From Elusimicrobiota bacterium (lineage in GTDB: Bacteria > Elusimicrobiota > Elusimicrobia > UBA1565 > UBA9628): DNA of 64,000 bases. Both the position numbers and the translations under genes were made by a program. Below the pieces are notes generated by a model. The model did not search any database and was not told the origin of the DNA. It worked only from the letters and a program-made list of their open reading frames with translations. The stretch covers positions 73,713 to 137,712 of the forward strand of contig JAPLKL010000051.1 in assembly GCA_026388095.1 (NCBI GenBank), written 5' to 3'. This document shows, piece by piece, positions 29,929 to 41,098 of this stretch (position 1 is its first letter; every line of letters begins with the position of its first letter).

Positions 29929-31152
29929 TCAAGATCCAGGGGCATCGGCTGCCTTTTCCAATACTTTTCGACTATCTCCAAGTATGAATCCTAGTAATAC
30001 ATAAAACGCGATCCCGAAGGGAAGGTATCTTATGGATTCATTGAACAGACCATAGGCGAGGGTCGCTATCAAGCCTATCGCGATAATCGTGCGCATTCTT
30101 CCGGAGATTGTGAGAGGATCCGATTTCGCGGCTACATAAAATGGCGCGAAGATCTGGAATGCGAATAGCAGCAACCCGACAAACCCTCTGCGAACAAAAA
30201 CATCAAAATACTCGCTATGTGCAGACATGTTGGCGTATGTCACTCCGTCGACAATGAGCGGTCTCATGGTGTGGCCGATGCCGACCTCACCCTGTCCGAA
30301 TATTGGGACCAACCAGTCGTTCTTGGACATGGCATAGATTTCATTGTAGATGGCCAACCTTACATTGGCCGAATGGTCTCGGCGAATCCCAGCTTGGTCT
30401 CCGCGGATTGCAGAACTGACTATTCCTGTCACTCTTCCCGGATTAATAACAAATAACCCGCAATATTTCGCCATTGATAAAAAAAGCCCGCCAATCAAAT
30501 AAAAAGATAGGACCTGCAAACGTATTTTTTTACTCTTTTCGAAATATAGTAATAAAACAAGAAATACCATTAAACAGAGATATGCCGAGCGCGTCGTGGA
30601 GAGGATGAGAAGACAAATCGATATCAGCCCAAGAGCGTTCGCTGCCAATACGCGCGCTCGGCTCTGCCGCGGCTCCATAAAACAAATAGCGATGACGGCC
30701 GTGGCGAATATGAGCAATGAATTTCGCTGGGTTATTGCCACTCTTATGTTATCGTGGAATACTTCCGATACTCCCCGCAGCTCCGAGAACATGTAGAGCC
30801 ATGAGCCCATGAAGAAGCCATTCATGAAGAATATGGAGGTTTCCTGATTCTCCGAAGATGCGCGGCCGATAAAGTATGAAACCAGGAAAAAGAGCGTCAC
30901 GGCTACAGAGACGACGCGATCGTGGGTAAAGCCGGAACCCAGAATCTCGTGGATGATGGCATTCAACAAGCAATAGCCGAAATACACAATGATCACATAG
31001 TCGAATCTATTTAGTTTCAACCGAAGCCGGGATAAGAGGAAAACCAACAGAATGGGATAAAAAACAACCGGAAGCACCGGAAAATACGAATTCTGGAACC
31101 CAATGTATATTGGGATCAGTGGGATAAGGCCAGAAATGAACGCTGAAATCAA
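29929..31152 (-). CDS. Wzy-type O-unit polymerase (low-GC)
   Basis: ~10-12 TM, SAHSEYFDVFVRRGFVGL Wzy_C motif, AT-rich codon usage atypical for the locus. Confidence 0.6.
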   Translation of the reverse strand: MISAFISGLIPLIPIYIGFQNSYFPVLPVVFYPILLVFLLSRLRLKLNRFDYVIIVYFGYCLLNAIIHEILGSGFTHDRVVSVAVTLFFLVSYFIGRASSENQETSIFFMNGFFMGSWLYMFSELRGVSEVFHDNIRVAITQRNSLLIFATAVIAICFMEPRQSRARVLAANALGLISICLLILSTTRSAYLCLMVFLVLLLYFEKSKKIRLQVLSFYLIGGLFLSMAKYCGLFVINPGRVTGIVSSAIRGDQAGIRRDHSANVRLAIYNEIYAMSKNDWLVPIFGQGEVGIGHTMRPLIVDGVTYANMSAHSEYFDVFVRRGFVGLLLFAFQIFAPFYVAAKSDPLTISGRMRTIIAIGLIATLAYGLFNESIRYLPFGIAFYVLLGFILGDSRKVLEKAADAPGS

Positions 31153-31207
31153 TGGCAGGATACTTGTGCTCGACTCTTGGAGCAGAATGTTTTACAGGGC
31201 AATGGGT

Positions 31208-32029
31208 TCAAAACACCGAAAGCGGTCTTGGACTAGTAGCTATGTTCTCAAGCTTGACTCTATCAACGATCTCGGTATTCTCGCGGAAGTTCGGCTCCAT
31301 GCCAGTCAGGTCCCTGTAGGTCATGGAATCCATCGTTTCACTGCCGCCATCCAACGTAACAGTGACAAGATCGATGTTCCGCTTGGCATAATTTATGAAC
31401 TCCCGGCAAAAGTATTTGTTTCTGTCATCAATGGCACCCACCCCTTTTTCATAAAAATGCCCCCCTTTTGACGGGGAATGGGTGTAGTCCTGGCCCACAA
31501 GATAGGCCTTCTTGAACCCCAGATAGATCGCCAAAGAGATCTGGAATGTGAATGAGCCCCGATGCGAGTCTTCACGATCCCTGAATGGGTTCTTCTCTTC
31601 AAAGGGAGGCTTATAGAAACGGCTGACGAAAATGGCGTTCGAAAAGCGAGCCACTGGATAATTTGAAAAATTAATGAAAAAAGTCTTTCTAGGATTCTGA
31701 ATGATGAACTTGCGATATTCGATGGGAAGAATATGCCTGACGATCCGCCGCTTACCGTCTTCCATCCGATAGGGGCAGACCGGCCAAAACCAGAAAGGCT
31801 CGACGAGGGCGCAATACGGGGAATTAAGCGCACTGATCTCCTTATGATAGATCACAAAACTCCCCACGATCGAGGGCCGATCGGCGAACTGGCGCAGATC
31901 CATCCACTTCAAAGAAACGCCATCGCCAAAAATATAGCACTCCTGCCCCGCATGCCTCTGATAAAGCCCATCAAGTTTGGAGAGCTGCCCATGCATGACG
32001 CGAGTGAGCAGTTTCTTAAATAAGTCCAT
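31208..32029 (-). CDS. GT42/Cst-like (sialyltransferase-like, possibly Maf/DUF115-like) nonulosonate transferase candidate
   Basis: CYIFGDGVSLK resembles Cst-II IIAGNGPSLK; LVGQDYTH resembles LSGIDFYQ; low GC. Confidence 0.45.
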   Translation of the reverse strand: MDLFKKLLTRVMHGQLSKLDGLYQRHAGQECYIFGDGVSLKWMDLRQFADRPSIVGSFVIYHKEISALNSPYCALVEPFWFWPVCPYRMEDGKRRIVRHILPIEYRKFIIQNPRKTFFINFSNYPVARFSNAIFVSRFYKPPFEEKNPFRDREDSHRGSFTFQISLAIYLGFKKAYLVGQDYTHSPSKGGHFYEKGVGAIDDRNKYFCREFINYAKRNIDLVTVTLDGGSETMDSMTYRDLTGMEPNFRENTEIVDRVKLENIATSPRPLSVF

Positions 32030-32059
32030 CTATTTGTTTCCCTTAAGTTGGCCGGGGCA

Positions 32060-33877
32060 TCATGCTTCCGAACTCTTTAAGTCCTTGGCGCCGAATCCGC
32101 TCTTCAAGAAATGCTCATAAGAGCCTTGCGCGATGATCCGCCCACGCTCCAACTGGAAAATCGTATCGCAATTCTGCAGGGTGGAGAACCGGTGCGCGAT
32201 GATCAGGACAGTCAGGTCTTTGTTGAGATTCTCTATGGCATCAATCACCGCCTTCTCGGTGACGCTGTCCAGAGCGCTGGTGGCTTCGTCGAAAATCAGC
32301 ACGGTCGCCTGCTTGTACAGCGCCCTGGCGATGCCGATGCGCTGACGCTGCCCGCCGCTGAGGCGGATGCCGCGTTCGCCTACCAATGCGTCATATCCCC
32401 CGGGCCGGCCTTCGATGAATGCCGAGATCTGCGCTTGAGCGGCGGCATCCCTGACGCGAGCCTTATCCACTTCTTGCGGCGGCACGCCGAAGGCTATGTT
32501 CTCGGCGATGCTGGTGTCAGCCAGGAAGATGCTTTGCGGCACGTGGGCGATGGCGCTCTGCCAGGCCCGCCGGAGCTCTTCGCCTATCAGTTGCCCGTCT
32601 ACCAAAATCCTCCCCTGCGTAGGCTCAAGCAAGGACATCAGCAAGTCCAGAGCAGTGCTCTTGCCGCTGCCGGTGCTGCCGACAAAGCCGACCCGCGCTC
32701 CTTTGCGTATAGTCAGATTGATTCCGTCCAGCACCCAAGGGCCGTCTTCGCCATAACGGAAGCGCACATTATCGAAACTGATGGCTTCATGGAAGTCCAG
32801 CGGCGCAGGCGCCGGCAAATACGCGTCTTTCGGCAGCGGCTGATCGAGCAGATCAAGCACATCGCTCATTGAAGAATGGGCCCCGGCGACTGCAGACCAA
32901 TTGCCGTACAACTGCTGCAATAGCGGGAGCAGGCGCTGCGCCCCAAGCGCCATCGCCGCCATCACCGGCAGGGCTCCCCCCATCCCCCCCGGCCTGCGGC
33001 TCAAGACATAGGACAAGACAGATATCAGCACCATGCCCAAAGCTTCTATGGCGTAGCGGGGGAATTGATTCATGTAGACATTCTCGCCGGTGGCCCGCTG
33101 CAGCTGTTGGATGGCTTTCCGGTAGACATCACAGTAAACTGCCTGGGCGCCGTCCAGAAGCACATCACGAATAGCGCCAAGCCCTTCCTGCAATGCTTTG
33201 ACCACCTGCGTCTGTTCTTGCGCGATGCACCGGCTGTTGCGCGCCAGCCGGTGGCGTATCTGCCAGGCGATGACGCCATACCCCGCGCCGAACATGACGA
33301 CCGCCGCGGTAGCGATCAATGGGTCGATAGCGAACAATGTCAACAGGATTGCCGCGAACAGCACCCCTGAGGTGACTATGCTCACTAAAGACAGCAGCAC
33401 GGACGTAGCGGTCGCGACCTTCTGCGTGATCCCGCTGATGATCTCGCTGCTGTTGCGGGCCACATGCACGCGATAGGGTTGATAAAGCGTCCGCCGGTAG
33501 ACCTCGAGGCTGAGGTCCGCGCCGGTAGCGTTTGCCAGCCGGATACTCACCCATAACACCACCAGACGTAGTCCCGCGGCGAAGACAGCCGCCGCTGCGA
33601 ATGCCACGGTCAGCGGCAGCACCAAGTCCGCCGCAGCAGTGATTCCCAACGCCTTGGCGGCGCCAGAGATCACAGGGGAGTTGAACACTTTTTCCGGCTG
33701 AGTGAGGATGCCTATGAATGGCAGCACCGCCCCGAGACTGACGACCTCGGCGAATGCGTCGGCTAAAGTCAAACCCAGCATCAGCAGGAACTGCGACCGC
33801 CGGCGACTGCTGATGTGTTCAAAAAGACGGACTAGCAACCCGGGGAGGCTTGTCGTGGGGACTTGATAATCCATCAT
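32060..33877 (-). CDS. fused TMD-NBD ABC exporter (MsbA/PglK-like)
   Basis: six N-terminal TM helices; Walker A GSTGSGKST, signature LSGGQRQR, Walker B LIFDEATSALD. Confidence 0.85.
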   Translation of the reverse strand: MMDYQVPTTSLPGLLVRLFEHISSRRRSQFLLMLGLTLADAFAEVVSLGAVLPFIGILTQPEKVFNSPVISGAAKALGITAAADLVLPLTVAFAAAAVFAAGLRLVVLWVSIRLANATGADLSLEVYRRTLYQPYRVHVARNSSEIISGITQKVATATSVLLSLVSIVTSGVLFAAILLTLFAIDPLIATAAVVMFGAGYGVIAWQIRHRLARNSRCIAQEQTQVVKALQEGLGAIRDVLLDGAQAVYCDVYRKAIQQLQRATGENVYMNQFPRYAIEALGMVLISVLSYVLSRRPGGMGGALPVMAAMALGAQRLLPLLQQLYGNWSAVAGAHSSMSDVLDLLDQPLPKDAYLPAPAPLDFHEAISFDNVRFRYGEDGPWVLDGINLTIRKGARVGFVGSTGSGKSTALDLLMSLLEPTQGRILVDGQLIGEELRRAWQSAIAHVPQSIFLADTSIAENIAFGVPPQEVDKARVRDAAAQAQISAFIEGRPGGYDALVGERGIRLSGGQRQRIGIARALYKQATVLIFDEATSALDSVTEKAVIDAIENLNKDLTVLIIAHRFSTLQNCDTIFQLERGRIIAQGSYEHFLKSGFGAKDLKSSEA

Positions 33878-34030
33878 CAGCTGCTACGCGCTCACGGTCG
33901 TTCTGACCGCTGTGAGCAACCCATGTACACCGCTCAGGGGCTCCGGACGCAGGGATACGTTGATGGCCACGATCTTCAGCATACCAGGCGAAAGTCGATA
34001 GGTAGACAATGGTACCTTATTTGAGTAGAA

Positions 34031-34047
34031 TGTTCAATAAATGAACA
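34031..34047. promoter_or_regulatory. perfect palindrome TGTTCA-ATAAA-TGAACA in the divergent promoter region
   Basis: read directly; preceded by GGTAC and TAGAAT; same half-site as 9829 and 28692. Confidence 0.4.
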
Positions 34048-34066
34048 CAGGGGCGGCCCATCACCG

Positions 34067-35926
34067 GTGCGACCGCTCGCTGACCGCCAGATGAAGAACG
34101 CCCTGATACTGCACTCCGTGGCGGAGGCAGAATTCTGCCTCGAGAATGGCCTCATCAAGGAAGACCTTTTATTCACCACTCACCCGAGCGTGTCCATCCA
34201 CCTCCAGGAACTCCATGGGATTGAGTGCCGGTGCCTGAGCCACTTCTTGACGGACTCGGATATCCGCAGCCAAGTCGAGCAGTGTTCGGATATGACCGAT
34301 CGGATGTTGGTCTCTTTGGACGAGAAGGCGGCGCCCTTTCTGAATGGCAGGTTTGGATTACGGATGAGATACTTCATGCCGCTCTACTCCTTTCTCGGGA
34401 GATATCATCTCTTGAGTCAGACCTGCATCCGATTGGCGCTCGCAAGGATGGTCGAACAACATGGCGTGGGCACGATACGCTTCGGCAATCCCCGGCTCGA
34501 TAGCTTCTTGAGGACGACCTGCGATTTGCAGGGCCTGATTGCCGGGCTGTTCCCGAGCATCGAGATCGAGGTCATAGACTATCCGGCCCAGGCCGGTTTC
34601 CCCGCCCATCTCCAGCGAGCCCTACGACTGCTCCGGAAGGCACGCCGCTGGGGGACCGTAAAAGAGGCTCTCGCGGCCCGCATGGAGATACTCCTTTGCT
34701 CCTGGAGATGCCGGCGCCCGGTCAAGGAAAGGAAGAACATACTCCTGTTCGAGCCGCTCTACCATCTAGGCTTCCTGCGCGAGTCCCTGAGCGGTTACAA
34801 TCTGATTTACTATCGGGACGCCGAAAGCCCCTACCCCGAGGGACTGCGCGGGAGCATCCCCGAACCCAGGCTGGACTGGAACCCTGCTGAGCTGGAGGCG
34901 CTGTTGCCGAGGACCGCGGACCGGGAATTGGAGACCGCGGCGTTGTCCGCCATCCGGGAGGATTTCACGGGACGCATCGCGCAGTGTTTGAGAACCGTCC
35001 TGTTCCTCAAGGAAGTCAACGCCCGCTATCCGATTTCTCTCGGAATATGGGGGAATAGCATGGGCTTCCAAAAGTACCTGGTCTTCGAGTACCTTCGCTC
35101 CTCGGGGATCAAGGTGCTCGGAACCCAGCACGGGAACTGCTACGTCGACCAGATCTCTCCCTGGAATTTCGCATGTGATTTCGATAGATGCAGCCATTTC
35201 ATCAGTTGGGGCTTCACAGAGGACGATCTCGCGCGGGCCTACCCGCGGGCAGAACCTCGCCCGAAGATCTTCCCGCTCGGACGAGCCCTGCCGGCGAAGA
35301 GGGCCGCCGCCAAGCGCCGCATCGACATCGTCTTCCCGCTGACCTTCACCCAGCCCATGCTCGCCGGCGGCTGCGCGACGAGTCGGCCGGACGCCTTGGC
35401 GGACAATCAGGTCCGAATCCTTGAGTACCTGAACTCCCTGGAAGGCTTAAGCATATACGTCAAGCCCTTCCCCTTCCCGAACCCCGGCAACTGCGCGATA
35501 TTGCCCGTGCTCAAGAGGCTGCCCAACCTGCGGGTCATCGACGACATCAGTTTCACGCGATTCCTCGAAGAGTATTCTCCGCGGATCGTGATCGTCGAGT
35601 TCCCTGCCTCGCCCCTATACGACGTCCGGCACCTGGACGCCGAGATCTTTCTGATGCCCGACGCGATGAACCCCTTCGAGACCCAAGCCCTCTCGGAATT
35701 GAAGGAACGCGTCCACTATTGCGAAAGCGTAGAGGAGCTGGCCTCCCAACTCGGCCTCTTCCTCAAGGGCCGGCTGGAGCCGCGGCAGGACCCGACCTTC
35801 TTCGACCACTACATGCGCCAGGGCGACCCCCGGAAAGCCATCCTGGGGCTCATCGACTCTCTCGCGGGCCGACCCGGCGGCGAGATTATGGGAACAAAGA
35901 CCTGCTCATTTCGGTCTGGCAAATAG
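34067..35926 (+). CDS. large hypothetical protein (619 aa; start may be 34091)
   Basis: long ORF with locus-typical codon usage; no recognisable motif. Confidence 0.5.
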   Translation: MRPLADRQMKNALILHSVAEAEFCLENGLIKEDLLFTTHPSVSIHLQELHGIECRCLSHFLTDSDIRSQVEQCSDMTDRMLVSLDEKAAPFLNGRFGLRMRYFMPLYSFLGRYHLLSQTCIRLALARMVEQHGVGTIRFGNPRLDSFLRTTCDLQGLIAGLFPSIEIEVIDYPAQAGFPAHLQRALRLLRKARRWGTVKEALAARMEILLCSWRCRRPVKERKNILLFEPLYHLGFLRESLSGYNLIYYRDAESPYPEGLRGSIPEPRLDWNPAELEALLPRTADRELETAALSAIREDFTGRIAQCLRTVLFLKEVNARYPISLGIWGNSMGFQKYLVFEYLRSSGIKVLGTQHGNCYVDQISPWNFACDFDRCSHFISWGFTEDDLARAYPRAEPRPKIFPLGRALPAKRAAAKRRIDIVFPLTFTQPMLAGGCATSRPDALADNQVRILEYLNSLEGLSIYVKPFPFPNPGNCAILPVLKRLPNLRVIDDISFTRFLEEYSPRIVIVEFPASPLYDVRHLDAEIFLMPDAMNPFETQALSELKERVHYCESVEELASQLGLFLKGRLEPRQDPTFFDHYMRQGDPRKAILGLIDSLAGRPGGEIMGTKTCSFRSGK

Positions 35927-36658
35927 CTGCATACATTTTGTGAAAAATCTTGAATAGATTTTGAACCTATTCGTCGCTATCCCATTCTCAGCGCAGGCTC
36001 TCAGCATCTCCCGATTCGATACCATATTGCTGTAAAAACTTCGGGTGCTCACGCCCCCGGTGCGCATCTTGATGATCACTTCAGGCAAGTAGTGATATCT
36101 GATGCCGTGTTTGACCAGAAGCCGGGCCATTAGATCGAAATCGGCCGCAATCTTGTAGTCGGTTTTGAAGAGGCCCCACTTCAGGTAGCACTCTCTTCTT
36201 ACAAAAAACGTAGGATGGGGTGGCGTCCAACCAGCGGCGAATTTGTCCAGAGTGAAGTCGGCGCCGCTGTAGTATCTGACGATTTTATCAGGCTTGTCCG
36301 GCCGGACATACACGAGGTCAGCGAAGAGCGCGTCTATCGCTAAAGTGTCAAAGGCTGCCGCCACTTTCTCGATGACGCGGTCGTCGACATAGAAATCGTC
36401 CGAGTTCAGTATCCCTACGACGTCACCGGTAGCCAGGGCTATCCCCTTGTTCATTGCGTCATAAATCCCCTTATCCGGTTCGGACACAATACGAGCGCCG
36501 CGAGCAGATCTATTGATCAGTTCCAAGGTCCCATCAGTTGAGCCGCCGTCTATGATGATATACTCCAGGTCAGACCAGGTTTGGCCCAGAACGCTCTTGA
36601 TGCAATCTTCGATGGTATGAACATTGTTATAAACCACCGTGATTATTGAGATCTTCAT
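35906..36658 (-). CDS. GT2 glycosyltransferase
   Basis: MKISIITVVYNN ... IIDGGSTDGT ... NSDD; ATGA overlap with upstream GT4. Confidence 0.75.
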   Translation of the reverse strand: MKISIITVVYNNVHTIEDCIKSVLGQTWSDLEYIIIDGGSTDGTLELINRSARGARIVSEPDKGIYDAMNKGIALATGDVVGILNSDDFYVDDRVIEKVAAAFDTLAIDALFADLVYVRPDKPDKIVRYYSGADFTLDKFAAGWTPPHPTFFVRRECYLKWGLFKTDYKIAADFDLMARLLVKHGIRYHYLPEVIIKMRTGGVSTRSFYSNMVSNREMLRACAENGIATNRFKIYSRFFTKCMQLFARPK

Positions 36659-37782
36659 GCGATCGCCTGGCTCAGGATTTGGACGGTTTTTTCGGCCGCC
36701 ACATCCCAGGAGAATTGTCCTGCCCGCACCAGCGTCCGCCGCCGAATCTCGTCTTTTTCTTCTGAGCTGCGCTGCAAGACGAGTTCGATTGCCGCCGCCA
36801 GGCCACAGGAATCCCCCGGCTTGTAGCAAACGGCTTGGCCACCGAAAATCTCCGGCAAAGGGGGATTGTCCGCGGCGATGCACTGGCAGCCATGGGCCAA
36901 CGCCTCCAGAGCGATGTTGGGACAGGCTTCGACCTTGCTGGTCATGACGAAGGCCGAACAATGCGCATAACACCACGCCATCCCTGCGCTGTCCAGGTCG
37001 CCGGCCCAGCACACGCTGGATCCTAATCTGCTCTCATGCGCGCGACGTCGGAGATCTGCGAAATACGGCATCATCTCCTTTCTCGCCGATCCTCCGATTA
37101 CAAGCTTGACGGGCTGCGCAGTGCGTACAGCGAGCTCTTCAAGCGCCCCCAGCAAATCCTCCAGGCCTCGATAACGCTCGATTGACCCAGCTGTAAATAT
37201 GAAATGTCCCGGCTGACACTGAGCAAGGACCGGCGGCTGCACAGCTGTTTCCTGCGAAGATCTCGCGCCGAAATAAACAACGGAGATCTTATCCGGAGCG
37301 ATCTCCCACCGGTCCACCATATATTCTTTGACAAAATGCGATACTGCAATCACCTTGTCCGCCTTTCTTGCCGCTAGTTTCGTTTCAAGATACTGAGCCG
37401 CCCGCCGCAGTCTTTCCCAGGGCCCGATTCCGCGCATGGGTACAAGCGGCCCCATGTTCTGGACCATGGTCACAGATGGGACGTCCCCGAACTTCACCCA
37501 TCTGGAGGCAGGCACAAACAGGACATCCGGAGAAAATTGCCGCAGACTTTTCTCAAGCGCCGAGTTGGGGGCATGCCATCCGGCCCGGAACGTCCCGCAA
37601 TCCGCGAAACTCACTTTTTGCAGCGGCGGGAACCATTTCGGCACTTGCAAGGAGGCTGGAGATGCACAGAGTACGGAGTCCACACTGGCATGGCCAGCCA
37701 AACGAGGCAGCATGTTGACCAGATATTTGCGATACCCTCCACACATGCCGCCACCGGTCAGGTTGATGAGGGCAATCCGCAT
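36655..37782 (-). CDS. GT4 glycosyltransferase
   Basis: N-terminal MRIALINLTGGG, C-terminal EACPNIALEALAHGCQCIAAD. Confidence 0.75.
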   Translation of the reverse strand: MRIALINLTGGGMCGGYRKYLVNMLPRLAGHASVDSVLCASPASLQVPKWFPPLQKVSFADCGTFRAGWHAPNSALEKSLRQFSPDVLFVPASRWVKFGDVPSVTMVQNMGPLVPMRGIGPWERLRRAAQYLETKLAARKADKVIAVSHFVKEYMVDRWEIAPDKISVVYFGARSSQETAVQPPVLAQCQPGHFIFTAGSIERYRGLEDLLGALEELAVRTAQPVKLVIGGSARKEMMPYFADLRRRAHESRLGSSVCWAGDLDSAGMAWCYAHCSAFVMTSKVEACPNIALEALAHGCQCIAADNPPLPEIFGGQAVCYKPGDSCGLAAAIELVLQRSSEEKDEIRRRTLVRAGQFSWDVAAEKTVQILSQAIA

Positions 37783-37859
37783 TGGTGGAATTCTGGCGCG
37801 GGCTTAGTTCGGGCGCTCTTGCCCCGCGCGGGGCAAGAGCGATTCGCCAGCTGGGGCTG

Positions 37860-38873
<1,014 letters not shown>

Positions 38874-39009
38874 CTATTGTATCAAATGTATATCCCAGGA
38901 CAGCACGGCGGCCGACAAGTCTCCGGCGACGATGACTCCAGCGCAAATGACAAACGGTTGGTCTCTCGGGATTGCGGACTGATTGCAGCAACACCGCCGC
39001 ATTCATCGA

Positions 39010-40401
39010 CTACTTGCGCTCTTGGAGCTTGGCGGTCGCGGGCTTTTGGAAGGTTACCGTTTTGAAAACCGACTCAAGCTTAAGCCCCTGCCTTTTGGCC
39101 AACGCCTCCAATTTCCTGGTCACAGTTTCAACGAACTCCACATCGGACATGTTGGTCAGGTTCACATGGAAATCCTGCCGGTCGCCGATCCTCGATAGAT
39201 ATTCCACTTCGTCGGCTATCCGGCCGGCCTTCTTCGCCCATTCATAGATTGGGGTCCCAGGCTGAGGCAGCAGGAACCCCACACTGGGATAGATATCGCA
39301 CTCTTCACAGATATCGAGGGTGAGTTGGATGGTCTCCGGGGTTTCCTGGGGATACCCGAAAATGACGCTGGCAAGGGGGACGACATCCCCCTTCCATAGC
39401 ACCTTTGCCTGCTCGATGAACTGGTCGACGCTCATCTTCTTTCCCATCGCAGCCAGGATCTCCGGGCTCCCGTTTTCCAGGGCAAACCCGATATGATTGC
39501 AGCCGGATTCCTTCATGGCTCTTATCAAATCCAAATGCTCTGCACGGAACAACCCCGCCCGGGCGTCCGCCCCCCATTGAATCTTGAAATCCAGGGCCTT
39601 TATCGCCTTCACCCTGGATTCAACACTCTTTAAGGTGGGGAACGTCAATTCATCCCAAAATGCGACGAAGTCACACCGGTACCTGTCGTGCAGTCTTTTG
39701 ATTTCCCCGACAATGGCCGGCTCCGAATACCTTCGGTATTTCTGACCCAGAAAAACGTGGTAGCAGAAGGTGCATTGAAAAGGGCACCCGCGCGCCGAAT
39801 TCAACGGAAAAGACACCACCTTGTCCCCGGAGAAGGAATTGGAATTGACATCGGAGTATCGGGCGTATTTCTCTAGGTTGAATATATCCCAGTCAGGAAA
39901 TCCGATGGTGTCCAAATCCGGGATGATGGCGCGCTTGCCCGTGAAATTGATCTTGCCGTCCTTCTTGAAAGCAATCCCCTTGACCTCAGAGATAGGCATG
40001 CGCCGTTCCAGAGCTCTCAACAAATCCACAATCGTGATATCGGCCTCGCCCAAAACCGCAATATCCACCTCCGTGTTCGTCAACAGCAGCTCCGGGATCG
40101 AGGTCGCTGCGGAATTGCCGCAGATGATGGTCGCATCAGGCCGGATCCGCCTTATCATCCGCGAGATCTGATCGACGTATCTGTACCCGGTGACGATGCA
40201 CCCGAATGCGTACACATCGTAATCCTCTCGACCCAACATGGCCTCCAACCCGTCCACGGAGATGTTGTCGACAGCCATGTCAAACAGGCCGAACTCAAGA
40301 CCTTGCTTTTTGACGGCGGTAAGGACATATCCCAGCCCGACCGGCAAGTGCTGCCTCTTGGCCTCAGGCCTTAACGCGATGTTGATGAAGGCGATCTTCA
40401 T
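39010..40401 (-). CDS. B12-binding radical SAM enzyme (third copy)
   Basis: CPFQCTFC CxxxCxxC, N-terminal cobalamin-binding-like domain; GAGGAA RBS before internal ATG. Confidence 0.8.
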   Translation of the reverse strand: MKIAFINIALRPEAKRQHLPVGLGYVLTAVKKQGLEFGLFDMAVDNISVDGLEAMLGREDYDVYAFGCIVTGYRYVDQISRMIRRIRPDATIICGNSAATSIPELLLTNTEVDIAVLGEADITIVDLLRALERRMPISEVKGIAFKKDGKINFTGKRAIIPDLDTIGFPDWDIFNLEKYARYSDVNSNSFSGDKVVSFPLNSARGCPFQCTFCYHVFLGQKYRRYSEPAIVGEIKRLHDRYRCDFVAFWDELTFPTLKSVESRVKAIKALDFKIQWGADARAGLFRAEHLDLIRAMKESGCNHIGFALENGSPEILAAMGKKMSVDQFIEQAKVLWKGDVVPLASVIFGYPQETPETIQLTLDICEECDIYPSVGFLLPQPGTPIYEWAKKAGRIADEVEYLSRIGDRQDFHVNLTNMSDVEFVETVTRKLEALAKRQGLKLESVFKTVTFQKPATAKLQERK

Positions 40402-40417
40402 TTTGTTCCTCAGGAGA

Positions 40418-41098
40418 TCAGCGCAGCACCCTGATGGCCTGGAAAGCTTCCGCGTAAACAGTCCCGGTCTTGAACCCCCAGGTGGACGCGCAAGCCTTGA
40501 TCCCATCCAAGGATCTCGGATGCGGGGGCTCCCTCAATTCAGCCGAGTATTCCCGCATGGCCGCGAGCTTCTGCTTCATGGTCGCCGCGATGTCGTAGAA
40601 AACCTCGGGACAGAATGTGCAGGGATAAGCCCACTCGGTCGAAGATTGGACCTCAAAGGAATACAGTTCCCTCACCGGTTCGCTCGCAATGGGCCTCGTG
40701 GCGGTAAGGACCGCCTCGTAGGTCACCCGATGGTCGATGTTCAAATCCCCCGCATGGTGCGTGAACAGCAACTGCGGTTCGACCTCGGCCTTGACCTTCT
40801 CTATGGCCTTCACAATGTCCAGCAATGGCACTGTATCGAAACGGTTGTCCGGGAAGTCGAACGAGAAGCCCCTCTTGATGCCCAGGATTCGATTCGCATT
40901 CAAGGTCTGCTTCTTCAAATCTGATATTTCCCGAATCCTCTTGCTTCTGTGCCTGCGTTCATCCCTTGAGGTCGCGCCTTCGCCGAGAATCAGGCAGAAG
41001 GCCTCGTGTCCTTCCTTGACCAAGCGCGCAATCGTCCCCCCGCACCCGAGGACCTGATCATCCGGATGCGCCGCCACGACAAGTATTCTTCTGCTCAC
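40418..41098 (-). CDS. PIG-L/LmbE family deacetylase (second copy)
   Basis: AAHPDDQVLGCGG, HHAGDLNIDH. Confidence 0.8.
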   Translation of the reverse strand: MSRRILVVAAHPDDQVLGCGGTIARLVKEGHEAFCLILGEGATSRDERRHRSKRIREISDLKKQTLNANRILGIKRGFSFDFPDNRFDTVPLLDIVKAIEKVKAEVEPQLLFTHHAGDLNIDHRVTYEAVLTATRPIASEPVRELYSFEVQSSTEWAYPCTFCPEVFYDIAATMKQKLAAMREYSAELREPPHPRSLDGIKACASTWGFKTGTVYAEAFQAIRVLR

